A stretch of DNA of 55,904 bases, the filler included, from Trypethelium eluteriae (lineage: Eukaryota), in NCBI GenBank assembly GCA_051942245.1. It is 2 parts of 2 records of this genome, joined end to end, with 100 filler letters (N's around TTAATTAATTAA, not from the genome) between each part and the next. Parts side by side here need not be neighbours in the genome. Positions count along the whole stretch, not along the records: positions 1 to 27,911 come from JAVECL010000320.1; 1 more part is not named here. The stretch is one strand, 5' to 3'. Shown here piece after piece: positions 12,561 through 25,154 of the stretch. Under the pieces are notes generated by a model that ran no database searches, had not been told where the DNA came from, and saw only the letters and a program-made list of their open reading frames with translations. Position numbers and translations under genes: made by a program. Position 1 is the stretch's first letter, and every line of letters begins with the position of its first letter.

Positions 12561-14117
12561 ATGCAAGGACGAGAAGACGATCCTGTTAGTTTTAGTCAAC
12601 TCGCATCCCAGCAGATCGACCATTTCAACAAGCAGCTAGACGCTGGCGTGAAGCTTTTAGATATAGTCGCGTCACTGAAGGCTGTTTGTGAGGCCGTGAG
12701 TGTAGCACTTTCCCATGAATTCTTCGCTGGAGCTGTCGAGAATCTCGAGGGGAGGCTCTGGGCGGTGCATACTGCACTCAATCAGCGTTTTCGAGAAGCC
12801 TTCAAGAGACAGGATGCGACCGGAGAGACAAACCTCGCAAAAATATACCTCAAGTTCATCAAGTCCAGTCAGTGCTACTATCGAGATCATATCCGTGAAC
12901 TAAACCATCGTTTCGGATGCGAGGAATTTGCGGTTCTTACAACACCTTCGTCACTCATAAAGGATGGCCTGCAAAAGAGTGAGCATATTGACAAGGACCT
13001 TAGGAACTTTGTCCTTGTTTCTTGCTACGATTCTCTAATAGCACTTGGAGATCTATCTCGTTGGAGAGAGCTGCTTTTTCCTGGGAGCTCTGTCAGCTGG
13101 AGTCCGGCTCGAAGTGCTTATTACCTTGCCAGCTTGATCTGTCCAGAGTCAGGCGAACATCATCATCAACTGGCATTGACTTTCATCGCGGAAGAAGATC
13201 ACTTCAATGCTCTGTACCATCTCTCTCGCTCTCGTTCGACCCTGCCTCAAAACGATATCAATCTGCGAAGGGAAATTCGGAAAATTTCTGCAGCAGATGA
13301 GAGTAATGTCCTCAAGGATAGCATATCACGCCATCAAGATCCTGGGAACACAGCTTCCTTAGTCGCGGCTGTTATCAACGCATACTGTATCTATTTCTCT
13401 AGGAAAGAGCTCGATCAGTTTGCTTTAACCATGAGTGAAGAGTTTTTCGAACTCTCAACTTCGATTCTGAGATCTGACGTCCGCGAGGAGATGTGCAATT
13501 TGCCCATCATTCGAATGGTCATTATGACCATTGCCATGGAGCAGTCGCATCCAATATTTTCGCATTACAACCTCAGGTTCTGTACCATTCTATTCGACGC
13601 TTTCTTTGACGAGTTCATGAACACGCAGGAGTCGCTCGACAGCTCGTATATCCATTCACTATGGGCCGAAAAGCTTTCCAAGCATGCTCAATACCTACTT
13701 CACCCAATTCGAATCCATAGTCTTTGGTTGGTGACAAACTGTGAATCACTCAGAGGAAACCGAAAGGACAAATACACTACAAGGAATGCCTGGAGATCTT
13801 ATGCCAAGATATTGACGTTGCTAGCAAATGAGTTCCCGTTGGAAGAATTGCCTACGGTTGATTATCTACTCGAAGAGGACGAAGAGACTCTTGGACTATC
13901 ATCATTGCTCAGTGAGGAGACATCAAGGATCTGGAAGAATGGATCACGATACAAGTCGCGGATGCGGGAGGAATTGACAAAATTGACACCAGAGATAGAA
14001 TCTTTAGCTCGTATACGGGATCTCTTGATTGACGGGCTTGGACTTGCGCTCGAGGCGGAAGCACCGCTTCGACTGGATGGGACGACATTCTCTTATGATG
14101 CTTCTCATGATACCTGA
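12561..14117 (+). CDS. Est1/SMG5-6-7-like TPR DNA/RNA-binding domain protein (518 aa)
   Basis: Single ORF with LIALGDLSRWRE, WSPARSAYYLA..ICPESGEHHHQLA, ALYHLSRS and YLLEEDEETLGL, typical of fungal Est1_DNA_bind proteins. Confidence 0.8.
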   Translation: MQGREDDPVSFSQLASQQIDHFNKQLDAGVKLLDIVASLKAVCEAVSVALSHEFFAGAVENLEGRLWAVHTALNQRFREAFKRQDATGETNLAKIYLKFIKSSQCYYRDHIRELNHRFGCEEFAVLTTPSSLIKDGLQKSEHIDKDLRNFVLVSCYDSLIALGDLSRWRELLFPGSSVSWSPARSAYYLASLICPESGEHHHQLALTFIAEEDHFNALYHLSRSRSTLPQNDINLRREIRKISAADESNVLKDSISRHQDPGNTASLVAAVINAYCIYFSRKELDQFALTMSEEFFELSTSILRSDVREEMCNLPIIRMVIMTIAMEQSHPIFSHYNLRFCTILFDAFFDEFMNTQESLDSSYIHSLWAEKLSKHAQYLLHPIRIHSLWLVTNCESLRGNRKDKYTTRNAWRSYAKILTLLANEFPLEELPTVDYLLEEDEETLGLSSLLSEETSRIWKNGSRYKSRMREELTKLTPEIESLARIRDLLIDGLGLALEAEAPLRLDGTTFSYDASHDT

Positions 14118-14151
14118 TATTCAATGGCTTGTTTCAGTGAATCAACGCTGA

Positions 14152-14184
14152 ATATGTTGAATATTATTATATGTTGAATATTAT
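14152..14184. repeat. Direct repeat ATATGTTGAATATTAT x2 in the short gap between convergent genes
   Basis: Identical 16-mers at 14152-14167 and 14169-14184. AT-rich, possibly a 3'-end processing region. Confidence 0.75.
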
Positions 14185-14268
14185 GCAGCACTTTTACGGT
14201 GTCTGCTATACTACAATGCTTCTATCACGATGAGGTCATGTCCAGTCATTCGTCGTTCCAACATAATC

Positions 14269-15516
14269 TTAGGACGCGTACGTCTTCTTTGGGAACGGAT
14301 ACGAGGGCCCGAGCTCTCTTATACTCAGACTCGCCAGCCAATGTCCCATGTCAATGCATGTCTCCAATGGCTTTCCCTGCGTTATTCCTGCAACAAAGCC
14401 TCCGGCAAATGCATCACCGGCTCCATTCGTATCCGTAATTTCAGACTTTGAAATCGCATGCACGGGGAACTCCTTCAGTGTCGGCTTGCCTCCTGACGCA
14501 TCAGTTGTCGCTACAATTGTAGGATCCGTGCCCTGTGTGATGATAGCTATCCTCGAACGTTTTGTGTTCTTCTTGGGTAATGATGCAAGATGAGAAGCAA
14601 TCTCGGGTATCGACGTGGTAGATAGGCCATGGGATTTAGCATACGCCAAAGCTTCGGTCTCATTGCCAACGACGTAGTCCCAGTAAGGCGCCGTTTGGTC
14701 GAGTGGGTCTTTGAAGAATTCGGGAATGAACGGTGCGGAAAGGGATAGCATGAAGATCTGTCCAATGCATCAGCTGTCTCCTTCAATTTAAGGCAGTCGA
14801 GATCTGTCCGCACCTTGTCCTTGGCTGCCGCTTCCTCTGCCAACGCTAGGATAGCCGGTGGGCTCACAGTCAAATGAAAACCTCCAACATAGAATACTTT
14901 CGCGGCCTCGGCGTATTTCCATACCTCTGGGCTCTTCAAATGATCGATCTTGTAGCAGTTCGCCGCTGCCAAATCAGTGCACATACTCCGATCATGGCCG
15001 GTGATCACGACACCACAGCGCCCCGTCGGCTGAGTCTCGTCGTAGCGGTACACTACTTTGAGTCCCACATCCTTAGCAGCAGACTCGAGGGTTTCGGCGA
15101 ATTTGTCGCGGCCGACGCAGCCAATGTAGACAACGGAATCAGGAGGAAGGATATACTAATCGCGAAACGTCCTCGTGAGCCAATTGCTCTCTCCATCAAG
15201 TTTGTATTTCACTGGTTGGGGCAGGGGAAATACCTGTGCGCCTCGAGCAGTGTTCTGTGCGGCTCCGCCGGCGATGAGCTTCGCTTTGCGGGACAGCAAG
15301 TCCTCATAGATGCCCATGTGCTTCTCTTCTGCTAGAATCGCATCGTTGGCTTTGAGCCCGTATTTTTGGAGCAAGGCTTCGTCTCTACATAAAAGCACGT
15401 GCTGTTAGCAAATAACATAGCTGAGTGGAAGGGATGAAAGAGACAGACCCGGTCGCCTGAATATCTAGCAATGGATTCTCCAAGCAGAGCAGCTCATAGT
15501 TACCTCCGGAAGCCAT
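14269..15516 (-). CDS. ADO1: Adenosine kinase (PfkB family, ~349 aa)
   Basis: Exons 15516-15449, 15384-15234, 15155-14814 and 14757-14269. Motifs ENPLLDI, AGGAAQNTARGAQY, PTGRCGV, GNETEA and DTNGAGDAFAGGF. Confidence 0.96.
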
Positions 15517-16041
15517 CTTGGAATTAGAAACAGTTATTCAATTGCAGAGAAGTGGGGTGGATGTGTGATGTTTGGCATGTGGGACAGACGACAATATTAT
15601 TTTGCGCCAGATGCGGGGTGGGACTCGGGGTCCGTAAGCCAAAAAGAGCCCCCCATACATCTGCAAGGGGGTGGCGGAGAATAGTTTCAAATGATATTTT
15701 GAATGGGGCAATCCTCAGGTCCTCGTAGCAGCACAGTGGACAAACGGGACGGATTATCTTGCATCAGACACTGGAAAACACGAGTTGGCGATATACCTAG
15801 GTCATGAAATGCAACTTGACAATGGCGTCCCTGCTTGCCAGAAGTACTCGACGCGATTAATACGTTGCCAAGCTCACCACTGCTGAACGTACATTTAACC
15901 TCCGCTCGTAATTAAGAACTTCGCCAATAAAACAAGGGCTGAATTGAATATGGACCAAGCGCAGAAATCATGCACGAGACTCAAACGCGAGGTTAACGAC
16001 CTGACGAGAGCCTGCAAAGAACACCCTCTCTCACCACACTT

Positions 16042-19000
16042 CTAAAACCCAAACGAGTCCAGCAAACTATTCGCATCCGGCTCCTGAAACGTCTTCGGCG
16101 TCGGCGGTGGCGCTGCCGCTTGCTTCACCTGCTTCTGCTGCCGCTCCTCCTCCACCACCGCCTCCTTCTGCTCCGCACTCGCAAACCCCGCGCGGATCGG
16201 ACTCGGCAAGTCAGCCACGACCAGCGAACTTCGCCGCCGGAGCATCTTTCTGGGATCAATATCCTTGATGTCGAAGTTGCCATTCAGCGCTGATGGAGGC
16301 GGCCGAGTCCGCACAGGCGACGTCACCTTTGCAGTCGTAGTACTAGTGGTCGTGGAAGTGCCATCGAGGGAAGCAGGAGAAGTAGGGAGGACGGTGGAGG
16401 TGGATGTTGAGGTCGGAGGAGGGGGGAGGAATTCCCAGTTGCGGACGAGGTCGAGGGCGAGGAGGTCGCAGCCCATGCGGCCGTAAAGGCGGGCGGTGTG
16501 AGTGACGAAGTCCCATTCCTCGCGGGGAGGGACCATGGCGGCACCTTTGAGGGTTTGGAGCGATTTTTCGCGGAGGAGTTTGTAGAGGACGACGAGAGCG
16601 GGGTCGTCGGTGAGGAAGGATTTGGCTTGGAGGTTGCCGGCTGGTGAGCCCGGGGGTGAGAGAAGGGTGTGGATGGGGGACTGGGCAAGTAGATCGTTAG
16701 ATGATTTTCTGCATTCCCAAGTTGGTAAGTTCGCTCACCACTAGGGCTCTCACAGCCCTGTCGCGTTGTTGCAACATCCAGAATGCCCAGGTGGCCTGCC
16801 ATCGATTTCCCTCTTCTGCGGCTAATGGTAAGACTTTTTCTACGAGAAAGCTTCGAAGGACGGGGCCGTTATCGCCTTCGTAGACACGGGCTACTGCAAT
16901 GGCAAGCTGTATATCGCCCATCTGATTGGCAAGGACACTAACGGCATCCTTTAAACTGTCGGCAAGGAGAAAGAAACTGGCAGCGTACTCTTTTTGGTAC
17001 AATTAGTAGGCGTAAGGCAGGAGGTTATGAGATTTCTGACTGACCAAACCTGCGCTTCCCCATTAATGCGTACGCATTCTTTTGCGCAGCTACCTTCCAC
17101 CGCTGTTCTTGGAAATTGTTGGCGAGAAGCCTTTGAGTCGCGCCTTGCTCCCTGCTCCATGTCGCCATTCGCCAGAGGCCGACAAGTACAGCTTTCTTCC
17201 GCAGGGCAAGGTAGTAAAGACTACAGTCCACGGGGTTCTTTTCATCAGTCTTGGTGTATTCATTTCGAGCAATTACCTCGAATTGTGCTTTCTGCATGGA
17301 TGAGAATTAGCCCGATTTAGAACTGCCGAATCTGGCACTGATGTGTGACATACCAGTGCGTTGATATCACTCATCCACATAAACATGCCACTTTCTTTTG
17401 CGTGCTTCCAAAGCATTCGCGAGTTGAAATGCCTGTTGACCAGGTCGACCAAGATATCCTGGCTACCGCTGTGATATGCCCACGTAATCTCACGCCAAGA
17501 GATTGATGACGATTCGTCCAAATGCTTGCTGCTTGATAAAATGACATGCTGGCGAAAGAAAAGTAGGAACCGGGCCGCGTTGTCATCAATCGAGCGTCGA
17601 TGCTTCTCAACCGTTCCCATACATTCAATAATATCGGCTAGACGAAATTGCTCTTGGCTTGATAGCAAAGGTACTTTGGTTTCAGTAAGCTTCTCATTCA
17701 GCGCTGCAGCTACTTCTTCCGTGACCGCACTTGGCTTTTCATCCTCGGTAAAATCAATGTAAGAAGTACGCCTGTTTTTCACCGGAGCAATGTAGTGTTC
17801 CTATAGCTCATCAGAGACGGTGACGTTTCAAATACCGAAATACTTACCATGTTCTCTTCGACGAAGAATTGAGCAGGTTGGTCTAGCAAGGGATCCAGGT
17901 GGTCGCCTTCCGTGAAGAACTTGAGCTTCTGGAGTAGCTCAATAATGATAGCTTGCATTTGAGATATTTTCCCAGCCAGTAGACACTGTGAAACAAATTG
18001 CGGGTGGTATGCAGGCAGAGGTCCATTAAGTCGACTGACCACGGTGAACATATCCTGTAATTTCCTCTCATGAGCTGTGAGCCGAAGATCGGGTACCAGG
18101 CTTTCAGAGAGCGTGACATGCTTATCGTGAATAAAAAGCTGATTTCCTGCGCCGATGACTAGATTGCCACTGCCGAGCCAGACGGAGTCTCCAATAGGAT
18201 GAGGAGTGAGGTCGCGCAGTCGTATTTCTCTGATCGAAGCCCATGATGGACCAGCTTCTAGATAGTCGTATCGAAGCTGACAGTAAATGATTACGCTGTG
18301 CGGGAATCCGACAGAGAGTATAGACTGACTGTCTGGTGTCGTCGCCCAGTCGAGATCCTGGATCGGCCCACTGCCTTCGAAATGCTCCTTATACTCAAGC
18401 TGTTGACTTCTGGTATCCCAGATCGTTAGAGTAGTCTTCTCCGAATCGACGATTGCAGCTTTGCGGATAGATGAGCCACTTGCTAAAGATGGATCTTGAA
18501 TCCCAGTCTCAACACTGGATGTTTGTAGCCAGTCAATCTTCCTCCTCCTGCGGTCAACCTTTGCTGTCCACGATTTGACGACGCCAGATCTGGTGTAAGA
18601 TATTGCAACGTCGCGAGCAAAGGTATCGAGGAAGCCTGAGATGACCGGTGTGGAGCCTGCTGGATCAACGGGCAATACAAATGCCAAATCATCTCCAGAC
18701 CCAAGATCGACTGTGCAGAACTGTTTCAATGAAATAGCTTGACTTTGCCGTCGCTGTCCCTTCGAGCTGGATTCTGATGGCATGATGACTTCCCAAACGA
18801 TGCCCTTCATTTCAGAGCTCACTGTAGCAACATGTGCAATGGATTTTTCTGTCTCAAGTTCCGGTAACAGAATCAAGCATAAGGGCTTTCCGCGCACTGT
18901 ATATGGACAATCTGCCACTTTGATAGCCGTCCTCTCTCTTGTATCCCAGAGAGAAATTTTGTCGTGATGAAGAAGGATGACGAAGCTTCCCTCTTGCAGA

Positions 19001-20509
19001 ACACACGTACGGTGAATATGTTCGGAGATGTCAATAATGCTCTGTCGATGCAGAGTCGTGCTTGAAGCTGAAGCTTTCTGTACCCAGACTATAGTCTCAC
19101 CATGCTCAGTGCGCGAGACGAGAGCTTGCCCGCTCACCGTTCGGTTGACTTTCTTGATAGGTCCGGAATGGCCGGTCCACGTAGATTCCACGTGAAGTCT
19201 GTTCTTTTGTGGAGAAGGGTCGAATAGCTTATCGATGCCTCCTTCAAGCCAATCAATACGCCCATCAAAATGATGGACTAGCAAAGAAAAGCCGCTACCT
19301 TTGCCTTCTCCACAAACTGGATAAAGTTGAACATTATCAGCGGAATTCCCATTATTGAATCCCAGATGCAGCCGCACCCCATCACTGTGAACGATGTTGA
19401 AGACGTCTGTAGTTTTTCTTGTTTTGCACCCGACGTTCTCAAGTCCCCAGGCAGACATATGACCCCTATCATCCAGCACTACGCAGACTTCCGGACACAT
19501 GTTTGCAACATCCGTTAGATGCCCGATGGCATATTGTTCCTTTTCTTCTTCAGATGCATGCTCCACAGCGCGTTCCGTCGCTAGTCGTAGGTCTTTGCTA
19601 TCTAATATGAAGGCAAATCGCTTCTTGGATTGCTCGGCCAGCGATATCGATCGGGGCTGAATGGAGTCCACCAAATTGATTTCAGCCCAAAGTTGCAGTA
19701 TCTGCAGGCCATGTGGATCCATTGCCGTCCACACCCGTAACTTACTGTCGGCACATAGCGTAAATAGTACATGTTCAATTTGCTGCTCTTTATGAAGCGG
19801 CTTCCGCCAGTGGATGCCCGTGACAGAAGTCGGATGTGCGAGGTATGCGTAATCGAACCGTACGTCCGAGGTGCCAAACGACAATCGTCTCCATAACTTC
19901 ACAAGACGATCACGGAAGCCAGTGGAGGCGATAAGACTTGCATCGTAAGAAAATTGGGCAAACTTGACAGGATTGGCCAATGGCTTTCTCCAGATTTGTT
20001 CCGTCCCGTTGTTTGTCGAATACAGAATGAGCGAAGAGGCACCAACCAAGATCTCCTCCTCAATACCCCAGGAGAGAGTGCTTAGAGGAGCGAGATTTGG
20101 GTCCGGCTCTACCGTACATTGCAGAGACCACTGCACGACTGTTACTCACAGCCATCAATCTTGACAGTGCCATCGACATACCTTCAACGCATCCTCTCTC
20201 TGACCATATGGTTTATAGATGTGAACAACCTTGTGGGTGCATACTGCGATCCTGCCAGAGACCTCATCGATAGTCACCGCAATGAGCTCCTCCTCTTCTT
20301 CATGGTATATCGTTTGCAGAACATCGTGAGGGCCACCGAGGATAATGAGTGCATAGCCGGAAACATAAGCCTACCACTGTAAGTAAAGAAAATCGCAAGC
20401 CAAAATACTGCGCATGGGTGTGGCTTACTATAATTTGTTTGCTATCCCAGAGCGCGGTACTGATGGCCTGAAGCTTTGCGGCGGGCTTGCCTGGGAGAAC
20501 GGCTCGCAT
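16042..20509 (-). CDS. RAV1: RAVE complex subunit Rav1 (WD40 + Rav1p_C, ~1378 aa)
   Basis: Seven exons: 20509-20429, 20370-20182, 20130-17848, 17800-17354, 17291-17045, 16989-16739 and 16680-16042, joined in frame. Motifs MRAVLPG, LNGPLPAYHPQF, AAQKNAYALMGKRRFEYAASFFLL and YGRMGCDLLALDLVRNWEF. Confidence 0.93.
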
Positions 20510-21180
20510 CAGACCTATGTGGACGTGTTCCTGAATGGGTTTCGATCTTTCAGTGCATTCTCAGAAGTTTTCTGCTGTAGCCTCACTTCCTATTAAGCTT
20601 GTCACGGCATTGAAGGTCACGCGGTCGTCTTGGAATGATCGTCATGCACGAAGCCTGTTGATCGAGAAATTGTAGTGGAAGGCTGGATCAGGATCGAAGG
20701 AATTAGTGCACGCAGCGTGATATTTGAATTACCTCGAAAGTCCCAAAGAAGTGCGGGACCTATATTGGTAGAAAGCAGTACATGTAATTAATTGTCTAAT
20801 TCCTCGGAGCTATCAGATGCAGCTCCAGGCCTCGAGTAACGATGCTGTCATATCCCAACCAATCGGATTTTCCCCTAGCCAACTACAAATCTGCAGGGTC
20901 TGGAACTCCATCTTATAAGATACCGCGATACATGTAATATTCAGGCACTCTGTAATGATATATCTGTCCCGGTAGACGCTCCAGTAAACATTCAATCGCA
21001 TGGCTGGTTATTTCTCGCGGCAAGCTATGTCAGTCTTCATGATATTTCAGAGCTAATGTTACAGCGACTTTCCGGCAGCGCCATTAAGTAGATCGTGCTC
21101 CACGCAGCAATTCCATGTCTGCAGCATTGAGCAAAGTTGACTTTAAGCCAACTTTCTTTCACTTCCTCTTTTTCCTCCCT

Positions 21181-24100
21181 TCACCTTCCACCACGATACC
21201 CTCCACCGCCTCTATATGACTGATGACGGGGTGGCCTGTTATCCCCGTAGCCTCCCTGGTGCCTTCCGTCTGAACCATAGTTTCGCCCTCCTTGGTTTTG
21301 TCCTCCGTAGCCTTGGCCTCCATAACCTTGGTCGCGATGACCTTGTCCACCATAGCCTTGTCCGCCATACCTCCTATCCGGCGGCGAATAGGAGTCATGC
21401 ATAGGAGGTCGCCCCTGGTGTCGCTGGCCGCCATGCGAAGGCGGTGGAGGCGGTGCACCCCTTCCGAACTGAGGCGGTGGGACCCAGCCTTGAGGTGGAG
21501 GGGGAAACCCTCTTGCAGCCGCCGCCTGAACAAAGGCTGGATCCAGGTGCGCAAAGAATGGGTTCGACTTCGCGCTCGGATCCGGATATCCATTGCCGTT
21601 CCTGTTGTCGTAGTTGCTATCTCGGCGATCAGAGGAATAGTTGATGCGATCGCCTCGGCCTCCACCTCCACGTCCACCTCCGCGCCTCAGCGGAGCACCT
21701 CCGAAGTTGCGACCGGAATTAGCTGCTCGATTCCGGGTAGCTTCTTCGTCTTCGCGATTGAGTGCAGGCGTTGGGAATTTGACGCCACGTAAGAGCATAG
21801 ACTTGTGGGTAGAGTTCGACTTGGGAAGTTCGTAGTAAACCCTGGAGATAAAAGTGTCAGTGGCAATGCTGAGATGCAAGCAAGTATCCAGAGAAATTTA
21901 CTCACGTTATGGATTGATCTTCGTCGATATCTGCCATTTGACTTGACGGAAAAGGAGATGGTAAGGAACTGTCGGGAATATACGACTCGTTCTTTTCGAT
22001 TTTTCCAGCAAGACCCCCACTGATTCTCGAATCTAAGGTATATTTGGGTGCACCTTGCTTCTTTGAATAGAAGGTTTCGGCCACGTTCCTGTAGAGCTCA
22101 TGCTTTGTCGAAAAGAGTAGAGCGTCTTTGCCGACTTCATTACGCTCGATCTCGTCGGCTGTGAGCAGAGGGTAACGCGTTGCCATAGCCGCAAGCAGTC
22201 TTTTTTCGTCAATGAAGGGGAGGATTGCGACGCCTTGCCAGGCGAACTTCTTGCCGTTGAGGTCCACGGGAAAGTCTTCTGGATAAAAGTCGACAATATC
22301 ACTGTCTTCATCTGTCATAAGACTACGAAATACCTCGGGTATTGCGTGGTTAGAGGCAGCTGGCAAGACTCCCATCAATTGTTCGTATGGTCGAAACGGC
22401 GTGCCCCGGTCGAATTCCAAATCTACTTTGGCAATGTCCTTGAAATCTGCCGCGAACGGCGCATAGTGATGTGGGTAATACCAATTCCAAGAAGGGCACC
22501 CCTGAAAGTAATATAACAAGACCCATGCAAGACCTGTAACATAGTCACGAGCGACCTTGTGGCGGAACTCAGTGTTGCTTGGGTCGACTCCAAATTTTTG
22601 CTCGTAGTACCGATCCCCGTAACCCTCTTCCCAGAGGCGTACAGTGTCAGCGGGCATCTCGTCTTCATTTGCAGTTTTATTCTTTGCGGAATCTGGTGCA
22701 GTGGCTCCCGGGGTTGAGGAGGCATCTTCTTCCATAAGTTCGCGCTTTCGCTTTCCCACGGCTGACTGAGGAGTCCCGTCGTTGGCCGGTTGCGAATCTC
22801 CGTTTGCAGGGCTACTAGCATCAGGGTTGTTGCCGTCAGTTTCGGTCGAGGGCGAGCTGTCTTGCATGGAACCATTCCGCATCCTCTCTTTCAGCACCGC
22901 TGCGGCACTCTTATTAGCCTCATTCGCCCTGTAGACAGCGCCTCGATTGAAAGCTGCATCCGCAGTAGCATGCCTAATCGCGGACGACTGGGCTTGAGAT
23001 GGCGCGAAAGTAGGCAAATCGTCAATGTTTGGTGCTTGCTCGCCTCTCTGGCGCTTAGGTGGATGACTGGGTGTGCTTAGGCTATTCGTGTCGTTGCCAT
23101 TGCTGTTGCCGTTGCTGAATCTCCCCTTTCGCCGTTCTTCTTCATCCTTTCGCCTCTTCGCGTTGGCTTCCTTGCGTACTTCAGTCTCTCGTCGGCGCTT
23201 GAAAATGGCATCTTCTTGCTTTGCAAGGCCATCTAAGATGTGCTGTGCCCTCTCCAAATCCACATATCCATCTTTCGTGACGTAGCCCCCCATGGTAGGA
23301 ATGTTATCACGCCAGATGGCAATTAGTATGTCAATGCCTTGCTCCCTGATATCTAAGCTGGGTAGATGTGGAAGGAAATCATTGCCAACAAAGAAACACA
23401 TGAAAACCCAATCGTCCAAAGCTCGCTCAAGATCGAATCTGAAAGGTTGATGGGGTACCTCCAATTCTACTCTGAGATATTCTCTTAGAATGGATACGTG
23501 TAACCAAATGAATGGTTTCTCTACGGCATTCTGCTTCGCATCAAATTCACCCTCCTTCACCTTCGCCTCGCCTGTGCATTCTTCTATCTTGTGGCCGGCC
23601 TGGCCACAAAGCTTGCACACGCGGGGTTTACTTTCTTGGAAAAAGACGTCTTCTCTCAAGACACGGAAATGAGGCTCGTGAGTTGCGAGCCCGAGCATAA
23701 TTAGATCGGCGTCGAGTCCGTACATTACGTGTCGCGTGTTCGGGTCATGTTCCGGAGAGTTTCGCTGCGATCGAATGAACTCCATAATCTTATGTTCTCC
23801 CTCTCCCGGAACTGTCGCGTCGGAGATAATGATTTTGAGGTCCTTCCATGCCGGGTCTTGGTTGAGATTATAAGCGCAATAGTATCGAAGCGCCGCCGCA
23901 AGCTTGTTCATGAAAGGTGTTCCGGGCGTAATGGAATTGCTATCCCACGTCTTTTTGGGTTTGGATCCATCTTCTGGTCCCTTTCCTTGCGAGTGAAGTA
24001 ATTTGGCAAACTCTTCCTTTTCTTCGTCCTTTTGTTTCGCTTCTTGAGCCGAACGGAAACGTCGTGAGCGTTGCTGATTCATCTTTGCACGCGGCGCAAC

Positions 24101-24571
24101 TCCATCTAAAAGATAACCCAAGTCAGTAGATGCAACGCAAAAAACGAAGGTTACTACAAAGAGTGCATACCCCTCTTAGCGACGAATTGTAGATTTGAAA
24201 CTGCAGCCGTCCCGAAGAGAGGTAGGGTAGAATAACGGCTAACACTGTCCATATTTTCACGTACCAACCGCGATCATCAATAGGTTTCTGGGTCGCGCCA
24301 TGTGCATGACCCTGTCAGTGTATTTGAAAATTTCGACCATCATTTCCTCCTCTGTCTCAGGTGCCGGCTTGTCTTCTGGGTGTGAACATGGATGAACGAT
24401 GCCATTCATATCAAGATACAAGTTGTCGACTTCTTCTCCGTTCGGATTTGGTCCGGAGTAGTCTACTGGCAACTCCACGCCATCAACATGACGTGGACGT
24501 TCCTCGATGACGGGAGAGATGATTTTTGGGTACTTTTGTGAGAGCCAACGGAACAAGGCTGGGACACCCAT
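21181..24571 (-). CDS. RAT1: Nuclear 5'-3' exoribonuclease 2 (Rat1/Dhp1/XRN2, ~1055 aa)
   Basis: Exons 24571-24265, 24105-21906 and 21841-21181. Motifs [56 protein letters not shown] and GNDFLPHLP. Also a CCHC knuckle ([14 protein letters not shown]) and an RGG/YGG-rich tail. Confidence 0.97.
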
Positions 24572-25154
24572 TTTGGCGGTCTGATCGGCCTGGAAGACCT
24601 TTTATACTGAGAAATAAACGAAGAGGAACGGTTAAGTGGAAGCGCTCCTCAATAATCGCATTTGGCGTCGACCGATGTGTGAGTAGCGAAAGGCCTTGAA
24701 CAAAGTGCGCCTACTTGTAGGAGAGCAACGATCGTGCGTGCAAGGTCTAAGACGATGTATCTTTCCTCTTAGATGTAAGAGAGCGTGCAAGGAGCTCGTT
24801 TCCGCCGAAAGATGATTGACGTCGACTCTTTTAAAAGAGGTCGATGTAGTTTGCGGGAGTTCGGTGATCGGGGGTTTTTTGTCTCCTAACAAGGGTAGCC
24901 GAAAATAGTAACTTTCGGGCCACAAAACGATAAGAGCTTATCGTTTTCTATTTTACGATACGGCCAGCATCGGCCAAAACAACACATTTCTTAGCTTCAT
25001 TTCTTTTTCTACGCAAACTTCCCCGGATACTCTAACCCTTCGAAGACGTCCTACCGAAGCTTATTGATACTGCGGATATGTCATAGCAGCATCGATCCAC
25101 CGCCATCGTCGCTAACTAGACCGCGGGTATGCTGGTCTCGAGAGCTCGATTACC

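Noticed and set aside
21159..21792. Alternative-frame and antisense ORFs over the RAT1 RGG tail (similar ones over USO1 and the 48107 gene)
   Set aside because: Shadow ORFs of GC-rich coding sequence.
3..24571. PAN3, Est1/SMG7-like and RAT1 as an 'RNA-decay cluster'
   Set aside because: They are interspersed with unrelated housekeeping genes, and chance proximity is sufficient.
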